Assembly (NCBI GenBank): GCA_045537435.1
Contig: JAZSPL010000076.1
Coordinates: 17,662 to 81,661, forward strand
DNA: 64,000 bases
Source: Acutalibacteraceae bacterium
GTDB taxonomy: Bacteria > Bacillota > Clostridia > Oscillospirales > Acutalibacteraceae
Direction of reading: 5' to 3'
This document shows positions 18,014 to 27,300 of this stretch, one piece after another (positions within the stretch are counted from its first letter, which is position 1; the number at the start of each line of letters is the position of its first letter). A program made the position numbers and the translations under genes. The notes beneath the pieces are model-generated. The model was not told the origin of the DNA. It saw only the letters and a list, made by a program, of their open reading frames with translations, and made no database searches.

Positions 18014-19256
18014 GATAGATCAGAAGGTAAGCGATGCGGCGGAAAAAGCACTTGAGCTTATAAAGCCTCAGTTTACAACTACCGACGAAATTGCGGAATA
18101 CAATCAGCAGAAGGTGCTTTCTGCTTTTATCAATAACCACGTAAGCGAAAGTATGTTTGCAGAAAGTACGGGTTACGGCTACGGCGACAGAGGACGTGAA
18201 GTCATTGACAAGGTCTTCGCGGAAATTGTCGGTGCAGAGGATGCACTCGTGCGTCACAACTTCACCTGCGGTACACATACTCTTGCGGTTGCACTTTACG
18301 GAATGCTTCGTCCGGGCGATATTATGCTCTGTGTAACGGGCACTCCGTACGATACGATTCATTCCGTTATCGGTATAGGCGGTAAGGGTGACGGTTCACT
18401 TGCAGATTACGGTATCATCTACAAACAGGTTGATTTAAAGGATGGCAAACCCGACCTTGAAGCAATCAAAGAAGCTGTTACAAAAGAAAAGATTAAGCTT
18501 GTTTACATACAGCGTTCAAGAGGATATTCTCTTCGCCCGAGCCTTTCCTGCGAAGAAATCGGCGAAATCGCAAAGATTGTCAAGGAAAACAGCGATGCTG
18601 ATATTATGGTCGATAACTGCTACGGTGAATTCACCCAGACCATTGAACCGACTCAGGTCGGCGCAGATATAATTGCAGGATCGCTTATCAAAAACGCAGG
18701 TGGCGGACTTACCCGTACGGGCGGTTACGTTGCAGGCAGAGCAGACCTCGTTGAGAAGATTTCATACCGACTTACAACACCGGGCCTCGGCAGGGAAGTC
18801 GGCGCAACCCTCGGTATGAGCCGTGAGCTGTTTATGGGTATCTTCTTCGCTCCGCATACGGTAGGCGAAGCGATAAAAGCGGCTTATTTCACAGCGGCAC
18901 TTTTTGAACAGTTCGGTTTCGGAACAACTCCCACATCAAAAGATCCGCGTTTTGATATCGTTCAGAGCGTTCTTCTTCGCAACGAAGAAAACCTTATCGC
19001 ATTCTGTCAGGGTATGCAGTCGGGCGCGCCGATAGATGCGTTTGTAACTCCCGAACCTTGGGATATGCCGGGATATGACAACAAAGTCATTATGGCGGCA
19101 GGCGCATTCATAGGCGGAGCTTCAATTGAGCTTTCAGCCGATGCTCCTCTCAGAGAACCCTATGCGGCATGGATGCAGGGCGGACTTAACTTCCATAGTG
19201 CAAAGATGGGCATAATGCTTGCAGCACAGAAAATGGCAGAAAGAGGACTGATTTAA
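17994..19256 (+). CDS. YnbB / 'aluminium-resistance' type PLP enzyme (Met_gamma_lyase family)
   Basis: 420 aa. The N-terminus (EYNQQKVLSAFINNHVSESMFAESTGYGYGDRGRE) matches my memory of the YnbB family. It overlaps the GNAT gene by 20 nt. Confidence 0.7.
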   Translation: MKQNFFKIDQKVSDAAEKALELIKPQFTTTDEIAEYNQQKVLSAFINNHVSESMFAESTGYGYGDRGREVIDKVFAEIVGAEDALVRHNFTCGTHTLAVALYGMLRPGDIMLCVTGTPYDTIHSVIGIGGKGDGSLADYGIIYKQVDLKDGKPDLEAIKEAVTKEKIKLVYIQRSRGYSLRPSLSCEEIGEIAKIVKENSDADIMVDNCYGEFTQTIEPTQVGADIIAGSLIKNAGGGLTRTGGYVAGRADLVEKISYRLTTPGLGREVGATLGMSRELFMGIFFAPHTVGEAIKAAYFTAALFEQFGFGTTPTSKDPRFDIVQSVLLRNEENLIAFCQGMQSGAPIDAFVTPEPWDMPGYDNKVIMAAGAFIGGASIELSADAPLREPYAAWMQGGLNFHSAKMGIMLAAQKMAERGLI

Positions 19257-19936
19257 TGGCATACAACGGAATAAAGCCTGATGTGCTTTTCCTCGCGGCA
19301 CAGAACAGATTTGAAAACAGCCGTATGTTTTACGAGGAGCATAAGCAGGAATTAAAGGACGGTTTCACAATCCCGATGAGGCAGATTGCCGAAGAAATCG
19401 TTCCGCAGATTTACGATATAGACGATAAGGTGATGACCAATCCTGTCAGAATGGTGTCGCGTTTTTTTCGCGATACAAGATATTCAAAGGACAAGCATCT
19501 TTACCGCGATAATCTCTGGATAATGTTTATGCGAAACAAACACGAATGGCAGCAGTATCCGTGTATGTGGTTTGAAGTAACGCAGAATTACTGGTCGTAC
19601 GGTGTTGGTATGTTCTGGGTTGATGCGACTTATCTTGAGCTTTACCGTAAAGCTCTGATTGAACGTCCGCAGGAGTTTTTGAAGGCTGTTGAGGATGCTG
19701 AAAGGGTAGGCGCACTCTATTCTCCCGAATTTTATAAAAAACCGAAGCCGGGCAATCCTATTCCCGAAATCGAGCCGTATTATCATATTAAGGATATGCA
19801 TTTTATTGCACAGCGAACGGATTTTGATATGCTTGAAAAAGAAGAACTTATAGACGAATTAAAAGAGATTTACAAAGGCTTTGAGGGCTTATACTTATTC
19901 TTAAAATCAATTTCAGATGAAAGGGCGATGTTATGA
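19256..19936 (+). CDS. DUF2461 (TIGR02453) family protein
   Basis: 226 aa. The N-terminal pattern (FLAAQNRFENSRMFYEEHKQELKD) resembles DUF2461 proteins. The junction with the previous gene is a TAATG overlap. Confidence 0.55.
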   Translation: MAYNGIKPDVLFLAAQNRFENSRMFYEEHKQELKDGFTIPMRQIAEEIVPQIYDIDDKVMTNPVRMVSRFFRDTRYSKDKHLYRDNLWIMFMRNKHEWQQYPCMWFEVTQNYWSYGVGMFWVDATYLELYRKALIERPQEFLKAVEDAERVGALYSPEFYKKPKPGNPIPEIEPYYHIKDMHFIAQRTDFDMLEKEELIDELKEIYKGFEGLYLFLKSISDERAML

Positions 19937-21450
19937 GTTTAAAGGGTTTTAAAAGCGGTACTGATATCAGAGGTTACGGTGCTGTTGAATATTCAAAAGA
20001 AAAACTTTTTCTCAGCGATGCAGTTGTTTCAAAAATAACAGTTGCTTTCGCAGAGTGGATTTCACAAAGAAACGGTAAGGAGATTTCATCTCTCAAGGTT
20101 TCTGTGGGCAGGGATTCCCGCGTTTCGGGACCGCGAATCATCAAGGCTGTTGCAGACACACTTTCCTCTCTCGGTGTAAGCGTTAAAAACTGCGGTCTTG
20201 CTTCAACCCCTGCAATGTTTATGTCTACTCTTGACCTCGAATGTGACGGTGCAGTTCAGATAACAGCAAGCCACCACCCGTGGGAAAGAAACGGTCTTAA
20301 ATTCTTTACACCCGACGGAGGACTTGAGGGAAGCGACATCGCAACACTTCTTGAAAAGGCCGAAAATATAAATATTGACGGTATTGTTGCTGACGGAACA
20401 AAGATTACAGATGTTGATTATATGTCCGATTATGCGGCACATCTTCGCGATATGATAAAGAAAGGTGTCAATGCCGAAAACTATGAAAAACCGCTTGAGG
20501 GTTTTAAAATTATAGTTGATGCAGGTAACGGTGTCGGCGGATTCTATGCTGAAAACGTGCTCAGACCTCTCGGTGCCGATACAGACGGCAGTCAGTTCCT
20601 TGAGCCTGACGGAATGTTCCCGAATCATATCCCGAATCCCGAGAATGCCGATGCAATGAAATCAATCTGCTCGGCTGTAATTGCAAGCAAGGCAGATTTT
20701 GGTATCATCTTCGATACTGATGTTGACCGTGCAGGATGTGTTGACCGTGACGGCGAGGAAATCAACCGTAACCGCCTTGTTGCACTCGCTTCATATATTG
20801 CTCTTGAAGGTCACGACAGCGGTGTGATTGTAACAGACTCCGTAACGTCAGACGGCCTTAAGACCTATATTGAATCAATCGGCGGTGAGCATTACCGCTT
20901 CAAGAGAGGCTATAAAAACGTTATAAATAAGCAGATTGAGCTTAACAACAACGGCACATTCTGTCCTCTTGCAATCGAAACCTCAGGTCATGCCGCATTC
21001 AAGGAGAATTACTACCTTGATGACGGTGCATACCTTATGACAAAAATCGTAATCCTTATCGCAAGGGATAAGACAGGTAATGCTCTTCAGGATATCCTTG
21101 CACCTCTTCAGCAGCCTGCAGAGGAAAAGGAATTGCGTTTTGCTATCAATTGCGAAGATTTCAAAGCGTACGGTGAAAATGTTATCGCAGAGCTTGAAAA
21201 GTATTATGACGGCAGAAACGGCTGGAAGATTGCCGATGACAACCGTGAGGGTATGAGAATATCTGCGGACAGAGAAAATGGTGACGGCTGGTTCCTTCTT
21301 CGTCTTAGTGTCCACGACCCGATTATGCCACTTAACATCGAAAGCAATGAAGAGGGCGGCGTTATGAAAATCGCAAAGGATTTTTACGAGTTCATCAAAA
21401 AGTTCGAGCTTCTTGATATCTCTCCGATTGAAAAGTTTATTGATGCATAA
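19933..21450 (+). CDS. Alpha-D-phosphohexomutase (phosphomannomutase/phosphoglucomutase family)
   Basis: Phosphoserine loop ITASHHP, Mg loop FDTDVDRAG, and sugar loop ETSGHAAF. The junction with the previous gene is an ATGA overlap. Confidence 0.88.
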   Translation: MSLKGFKSGTDIRGYGAVEYSKEKLFLSDAVVSKITVAFAEWISQRNGKEISSLKVSVGRDSRVSGPRIIKAVADTLSSLGVSVKNCGLASTPAMFMSTLDLECDGAVQITASHHPWERNGLKFFTPDGGLEGSDIATLLEKAENINIDGIVADGTKITDVDYMSDYAAHLRDMIKKGVNAENYEKPLEGFKIIVDAGNGVGGFYAENVLRPLGADTDGSQFLEPDGMFPNHIPNPENADAMKSICSAVIASKADFGIIFDTDVDRAGCVDRDGEEINRNRLVALASYIALEGHDSGVIVTDSVTSDGLKTYIESIGGEHYRFKRGYKNVINKQIELNNNGTFCPLAIETSGHAAFKENYYLDDGAYLMTKIVILIARDKTGNALQDILAPLQQPAEEKELRFAINCEDFKAYGENVIAELEKYYDGRNGWKIADDNREGMRISADRENGDGWFLLRLSVHDPIMPLNIESNEEGGVMKIAKDFYEFIKKFELLDISPIEKFIDA

Positions 21451-21467
21451 TTTTAATCAATAATTTT

Positions 21468-21500
21468 TGTAGGGGACGACGTTCTCGACGTCCCGTTCAT
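21468..21500 (+). repeat. Solo REP unit (GTAGGGG + hairpin)
   Basis: TGTAGGGGACGACGTTCTCGACGTCCCGTTCAT matches 3288-3320 at 31 of 33 nt. Confidence 0.8.
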
Positions 21501-21531
21501 ATTGACATCGTCATAATCAAAGGAGATAAAT

Positions 21532-22551
21532 ATGAAAGCATTTTTCTCAATTTTACTTGCAACGCTTACTGCAATTTTTAATTTCTTCACAACAGACGGC
21601 TCAATCCGTCAGCTTATCGACAAAGGTGATATCTCAGGCTACAGCGAAACCGTAAAGGCAGATAAGGAAATGCCGACATTATCAACTGATGAAAACGGCG
21701 ATTTTACAATCCTTCAGTTTGCCGATACCCACTTCACAACCGGTCTTTCCTACAACGATATTTCATTAATGCAGACAATGAAAAATCAGATAGAAGAATA
21801 TGATCCTGATCTTGTTGTTATGCTTGGTGATATGATTAATGACGGAGAAGCGGGAGCATATAACAAGCAGTATGTTCTTGATACGGTCGGCACTATGTTC
21901 GATGAAATGGAACAGTACTGGGCGTATATTCCGGGTAATAATGACGGTTTGGATTACGGTACATCTGAAGATATCGTGGCTTATCTCTCACAGTTTGATT
22001 ACTGCCTTTGTGCTGATGTTGAAGAAATTTCAGGCGGTGCACAGTATACAATAGACATAAAGAACGGTGAAACCGTTGTTCATTCGCTCGTTTTCCTCGA
22101 TACAATGGATTATGACGATGAGGATGAAGATCACATCTACGGTTACGTTCATGCTGACCAGGTCAAGTGGTGTGAGGATGCGATTAACGGAAAGCTTGAA
22201 ACTTACGGCGATATTTCAATGAGTGTGTTTATTCACGAAAACACACCCGCATTTGCCGAAGCAGGCTTGTACGGTGAAGCATACAAAGATGGTTATTCAA
22301 AGCTTGACGAAATGAAGGAAGAGTACAACATCCCGAAAAACAAACCGCTTGACGATGTGTTTGCAAAGGCAGGCTGTGTCGGTCTCGTTTCAATGGGACA
22401 TGCCCATCCGTCAGAAAACAAATGCAGTTTCTATAACGGAACATATTACCACGTTGCAGCTCAGTCAAAAACAATGGGTTCTCTAGTAACAATCCATACA
22501 GATTCAGATAACACTAGAGAGATGTATGACTTTGTCAGTATTTCGGTATAA
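21532..22551 (+). CDS. Calcineurin-like metallophosphoesterase, membrane-anchored or secreted
   Basis: N-terminal hydrophobic segment, then FADTHF, LGDMINDG, PGNNDG and MGHAH motifs. 339 aa. Confidence 0.82.
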   Translation: MKAFFSILLATLTAIFNFFTTDGSIRQLIDKGDISGYSETVKADKEMPTLSTDENGDFTILQFADTHFTTGLSYNDISLMQTMKNQIEEYDPDLVVMLGDMINDGEAGAYNKQYVLDTVGTMFDEMEQYWAYIPGNNDGLDYGTSEDIVAYLSQFDYCLCADVEEISGGAQYTIDIKNGETVVHSLVFLDTMDYDDEDEDHIYGYVHADQVKWCEDAINGKLETYGDISMSVFIHENTPAFAEAGLYGEAYKDGYSKLDEMKEEYNIPKNKPLDDVFAKAGCVGLVSMGHAHPSENKCSFYNGTYYHVAAQSKTMGSLVTIHTDSDNTREMYDFVSISV

Positions 22552-22569
22552 TTGAACAGAACCAATGCG

Positions 22570-22605
22570 AAACGGTAGGCTTTGTTGCCTGCCGTTTTTG
22601 TTTTT
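22570..22605 (+). terminator. Rho-independent terminator
   Basis: AAACGGTAGGC-TTTGTT-GCCTGCCGTTT followed by TTGTTTTT. Confidence 0.75.
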
Positions 22606-22769
22606 ATAAAAATATCAAGAGAAGCAAAAATAGGAAAAATCTGCATTTCGGGTCGCCAAAACGTCATTTCAGGTCGATTGTGAGAGTTTTTTGATACTTT
22701 TAATTATAATGAAGACGTAAACTGACGGTTGCAGAATAAATGCAACCGAATAATGAAAGGATGACAGTT

Positions 22770-23846
22770 ATGAAAAAAATGTTAAAGAAAAGCTTCGCTT
22801 TGTTGCTTGCACTTGTTTGTGTGCTGAACGTTGAATCAGTAATTGCATCAGCAGCTACTTTAAACGGCAAGTGTGGCAAAAATGTCACATGGGTACTTGA
22901 CAGCAAAGGTGTGCTTACAATCAAAGGTACGGGCGAAATGGAAGATTTTGGAACCGCAGATGCAAGACCTTGGGGTGAGAGAAGAGAAGATATAAAAAAG
23001 ATTGTTATCAAAGAGGGTGTCACTTCTGTCAGCTATAAGGCTTTTTCACATTTGGAAAATCTTAATGACGTAGAATTTCCGAATACCCTTGTTTTTGTTG
23101 GAAGCGATATTTTTTACAATTCGTCTTATCAGGCAAAAGCAGATAAATACGGTGTGCGTTATGAAGATGGCATTCTTCTTGAAGCTGCATCACTTGACGG
23201 AGAATATAAGATTAGCAAAGGGACGAGAGTCATTGCGGACAATGCTTTTAATATGGCAGATCAGTCCCAATTAAACGGTGTGAAACTCCCTGAAGGCTTG
23301 GTTGCAATAGGTAAAGAATCGTTTAAAGATTGCAAGTCTATCCAATCAATAAAAATTCCTTCAAGCGTCAAATATTTTTATGAAGGAGCATTCGATGGAT
23401 GTGAAGGTTTGAAAACGGTAGTCATTAAAAATGGTGTTAAAAGTATCGACAGGACTGTGTTTTTAAATTGTTTTTCTCTTGAGGCAATTGCAATTCCCGT
23501 AAGTGTAACTATAATTGGGGATCAGGCTTTTGCAGGTTGTGAAAAACTTAAAGATATATACTACGGCGGCACGACAAATCAGTGGGACGCAATCACGATT
23601 AAAGAAAACAATACGGAACTTACTCATCAAGAAAATATTCATTATATCAATGATGATAAAAAAGGTGATATCAACGCCGATGGGAGAATTAACTCATCAG
23701 ATGCTCTTTTGGTATTGCTGTATGCTGTAGAAAAAACTGAGCTTGTTCCAAAGCAAATTGCAGCTGCAGATGTTGCCACAGACTGTAAGATAAATTCATC
23801 AGACGCACTTGAAATTCTTAAAATTTCTGTAGGTAGTACCAAGTAA
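22770..23846 (+). CDS. Secreted BspA-type leucine-rich-repeat protein with a C-terminal type-I dockerin
   Basis: Signal peptide MKKMLKKSFALLLALVCVLNVESVIASA. The ATG at 22770 is preferred over the track start at 22740. Repeated LRR_5-like units are present (IKIPSSVKYFYEGAFDGCEGLKTVVIKNGVKSI...). The two dockerin F-hand segments are DINADGRINSSDALLVL and DVATDCKINSSDALEIL. Confidence 0.85.
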   Translation: MKKMLKKSFALLLALVCVLNVESVIASAATLNGKCGKNVTWVLDSKGVLTIKGTGEMEDFGTADARPWGERREDIKKIVIKEGVTSVSYKAFSHLENLNDVEFPNTLVFVGSDIFYNSSYQAKADKYGVRYEDGILLEAASLDGEYKISKGTRVIADNAFNMADQSQLNGVKLPEGLVAIGKESFKDCKSIQSIKIPSSVKYFYEGAFDGCEGLKTVVIKNGVKSIDRTVFLNCFSLEAIAIPVSVTIIGDQAFAGCEKLKDIYYGGTTNQWDAITIKENNTELTHQENIHYINDDKKGDINADGRINSSDALLVLLYAVEKTELVPKQIAAADVATDCKINSSDALEILKISVGSTK

Positions 23847-23860
23847 ATAACAGCAATATC

Positions 23861-23889
23861 AAGACCACCCTCGCGGTGGTCTTTTGTTT
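23861..23889 (+). terminator. Rho-independent terminator
   Basis: AAGACCACC-CTCGC-GGTGGTCTT followed by TTGTTTG. Confidence 0.75.
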
Positions 23890-23890
23890 G

Positions 23891-24089
23891 TCAAATTCGG
23901 GTTTGTCGGGGTGTTTTGAATATACGGTTGCGTTGCAACCTACACCTCATCAGCCGCTACGCGACAGCTTCCCCTGTTAGGGGAAATGTCTGCGAAGCAG
24001 ACAAAAGGGTGCCCGTTTTCGGAGAAAAAAGGGGAACCGCTTGCGGTGGATGAGGTGGAAAATAAAGATATCGACAAACCCGAATTTTT
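23891..24089. repeat. MITE-like, hairpin-dense element with a perfect 16-nt terminal inverted repeat
   Basis: AAATTCGGGTTTGTCG (23893-23908) pairs with CGACAAACCCGAATTT (24072-24087). Internal palindromes are GGTTGCGTTGCAACC followed by TAC, TTCCCC-TGTTA-GGGGAA, GTCTGC-GAA-GCAGAC, and the long-range pair CACCTCATC...GATGAGGTG. The left end shares about 20 nt with the left end of the element at 3161. Confidence 0.7.
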
Positions 24090-24192
24090 GTAATTTTTAC
24101 GTAATAAAGGATTAGTCCCGATATATGTTAAACAAACATATCCGTTCATTTATCACAGATAAAAATATTTTTAATTTTTTTCAAAATACCGC

Positions 24193-24221
24193 TTGACATC
24201 TTTTTTATCTTGTACTATAAT
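24193..24221 (+). promoter_or_regulatory. Consensus sigma-70 promoter of rpoBC
   Basis: TTGACA (24193-24198), 17-nt spacer, TATAAT (24216-24221). It predicts a leader of about 140 nt before the rpoB ATG. Confidence 0.7.
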
Positions 24222-24367
24222 GTTACAACTATTATAATGGATTGAAATGTCCTTGGGTATTTTTGGGTAGGGCAAGCTATGCCAAAAAATAAGGGCTTTT
24301 CAGTCGGAATTACTAGTAAATTCACAACAAACACGGACGAAAATAAAAAGAACGGAGTGGTTAGTCA

Positions 24368-27300
24368 ATGGTGAATGTTTCTCCCGTAACAAGGGGTGGC
24401 AAGACCCGAATGAGTTTCGGAAAAATCAAAGAGGTTATGAGTATGCCAAACCTCATTGAAATCCAGAAAGACTCGTATCAGTGGTTCTTGGATGTCGGTC
24501 TCAAAGAAGTATTCAGAGACATCGCAGACATTACCGATTACACAGGTAACTGGGTGCTTAAGTTTGTCGATTACAGAATGGACGACAAGCCGAAGTACAC
24601 TATCAGAGAATGTAAGGAACGCGATACTTCCTATTCTGCACCTATGCGTGTTAAGACTCGTTTGCTTAACAAGGAAACAGGTGTTGTTAAAGAAAGCGAA
24701 GTTTATATGGGCGATTTCCCGATAATGACTGAAAGCGGTACTTTCATCATTAACGGTGCAGAGCGCGCTATCGTTTCTCAGCTTGTTCGTTCACCGGGTG
24801 TATATTATGATATGACCCATGATAAGACAGGTAAAGAGCTTTACACAAACACAGTTATTCCTAACCGTGGTGCATGGCTTGAATATGAAACAGATGTTAA
24901 CGATATTTTCTACGTCCGTATCGATAAAAACAGAAAGATTTATATTACAACATTTATCAGAGCTTTAGGTCTCAGCTCAAACGCTGAAATCCGTGAATTC
25001 TTCGGTTACGACCCGAAAATCGAGGCAACACTCGAAAAGGACGAAACCCAGAACACAGAAGAAGCTCTTATGGAAGTTTTCAAAAAGCTTCGTCCCGGTG
25101 AGCCTGCAACTCTTGAAACAGCTCAGACTCATCTTGACAATCTTTTCTTTGATCAGTACCGTTACGATATTTCAAGAGTCGGCAGATATAAGTATAATAA
25201 AAAGCTTTCTCTTTTCGACAGAATCGTTGGTGCAACTCTTTCACAGCCCGTTGTTGCTCCTCTTACAGGCGAAATCCTCGCTGAAGAGGGTGAGGTAGTC
25301 ACAAAGGAAAAGGCTATCATCATCGAGCAGGCAGGCGTGCAGGTTGTATTCGTTAAGGTTGCTGACGATAAGGAAATCAAGGTTATCTCAAACGGTATGG
25401 TTGATATTCAGCCGTATGTTCCTCAGTTCTCTGAGGAAGAGCTTGATAAGATCGGCATCAACGAGCAGGTTTCATTCGCTGTTCTTCAGGAAATCCTTGA
25501 AAACGCAGAGGATGACGAAACTCTCTTTGCAACTCTTAAGGAACGTTGCAACGACCTTATCCCGAATCATATCACAATTGATGATATTTTCTCATCAATC
25601 AACTACATCAACTCAATCGCTTTCGGTATCGGCAGAACAGACGACATCGACCACCTCGGTAACCGTCGAATCCGTTCAGTCGGCGAGCTTCTCCAGAACC
25701 AGTTCCGTATCGGTCTTGCGCGTATGGAGAGAGTTGTCCGCGAGCGTATGACTCTTCAGGCACAGGAAGAGGAAGATAAGATCACTCCGCAGTCACTTAT
25801 CAACATCCGTCCGGTTCTTATGGCAATCAAGGAATTCTTCGGTTCATCTCCGTTGTCACAGTTTATGGATCAGACTAACCCGCTTGCAGAGCTTACTCAC
25901 AAGCGCCGTCTTTCTGCTCTTGGCCCCGGCGGTCTTTCACGTGACCGTGCAGGCTTCGAAGTCCGAGACGTTCACTACAGCCACTACGGCCGTATGTGTC
26001 CGATCGAGACTCCTGAAGGTCCGAACATCGGTCTTATCTCTTACCTTGCAACATTTGCAAAAATCAACAAGTATGGCTTTATTGAAGCTCCTTACCGTCG
26101 CGTTGTTGACGGCAGAGTTCTTGATGAAGTTGTTTATATGACAGCAGACGAAGAAGACGAGTTCATCGTTGCTCAGGCTAACGAACCTCTTGATGAAGAA
26201 GGCCGCTTCGTAAGAAGAAAGGTTATGGCTCGTTACCGTGACGAATTCCATGAGATTGACAATTCAAAGATCAGCTTTATGGACGTTTCTCCGAAGATGC
26301 TCGTTTCAGTCGCTACAGCTATGATTCCTTTCCTTGAGAATGACGACGCAAACCGTGCACTCATGGGTTCAAACATGCAGCGTCAGGCAGTGCCTCTTCT
26401 CAAGACAGATTCTCCGATCGTCGGTACAGGTATGGAATATAAGGCAGCTGTTGACTCAGGTACAGTTGTTCTTTGCCGCAATGCAGGTACAGTTATCCAC
26501 GTTAATGCTGATTTCATCGAAATTCAGAAGGACATTGACGGTCAGATCGACAGATATAATCTCACAAAGTTCATGCGCTCCAACCAGGGCACATGTATCA
26601 ATCAGAAGCCGATTGTTGAAATCGGCCAGCACATTGAAAAAGATGATGTTATCGCAGACGGCCCCGCAACTGACCACGGTGAAATCTCACTTGGTAAGAA
26701 TGCTCTCATCGGCTTCATGACATGGGAAGGCTACAACTACGAGGACGCCGTTCTTATCAATGAAAAGCTTGTAAGAGATGACGTCTACACATCAATCCAT
26801 ATCGAAGAATATGAAACAGAGTCAAGAGATACAAAGCTCGGACCTGAAGAAATCACAAGAGATATCCCGAACGTAGGTGACGATGCTCTTAAAGACCTCG
26901 ATGAAAGAGGTATCATCCGCATCGGTGCTGAAGTTCACTCAGGCGATATCCTCGTTGGTAAGGTTACACCTAAGGGTGAAACTGAACTCACTCCCGAAGA
27001 AAGACTTCTTCGTGCTATTTTCGGTGAAAAGGCTAAGGAAGTCCGCGACACATCACTCAGAGTTCCTCACGGTGAATACGGTATCGTTGTTAACGTTGAA
27101 GTGTTTACAAGAGAGAACAGTGACGAACTCAGCCCCGGCGTAAACAAGGTTGTACGCTGCTATATCGCTCAGAAGCGTAAGCTTTCTGTCGGTGATAAGA
27201 TGGCAGGTCGTCACGGTAACAAGGGTGTTGTTTCACGTATTCTTCCGCAGGAAGATATGCCTTTCCTTGAGGACGGTACTCCGCTTGATATCGTTCTTAA

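Noticed and set aside
23940-24149. 69-aa minus-strand ORF from the track (…SPNRGSCRVAADEV)
   Set aside because: It lies wholly within the palindromic MITE-like element and the rpoB upstream region. It has no RBS, and its 'protein' is simply a read-through of stacked hairpins. I treat it as a non-coding repeat.
24222-24367. Possible riboswitch, T-box or ribosomal-protein leader in the rpoB 5' UTR
   Set aside because: I could not recognise any conserved riboswitch core, specifier/T-box motif or convincing terminator/antiterminator pair by eye. It is left as an unexplained leader (see findings).
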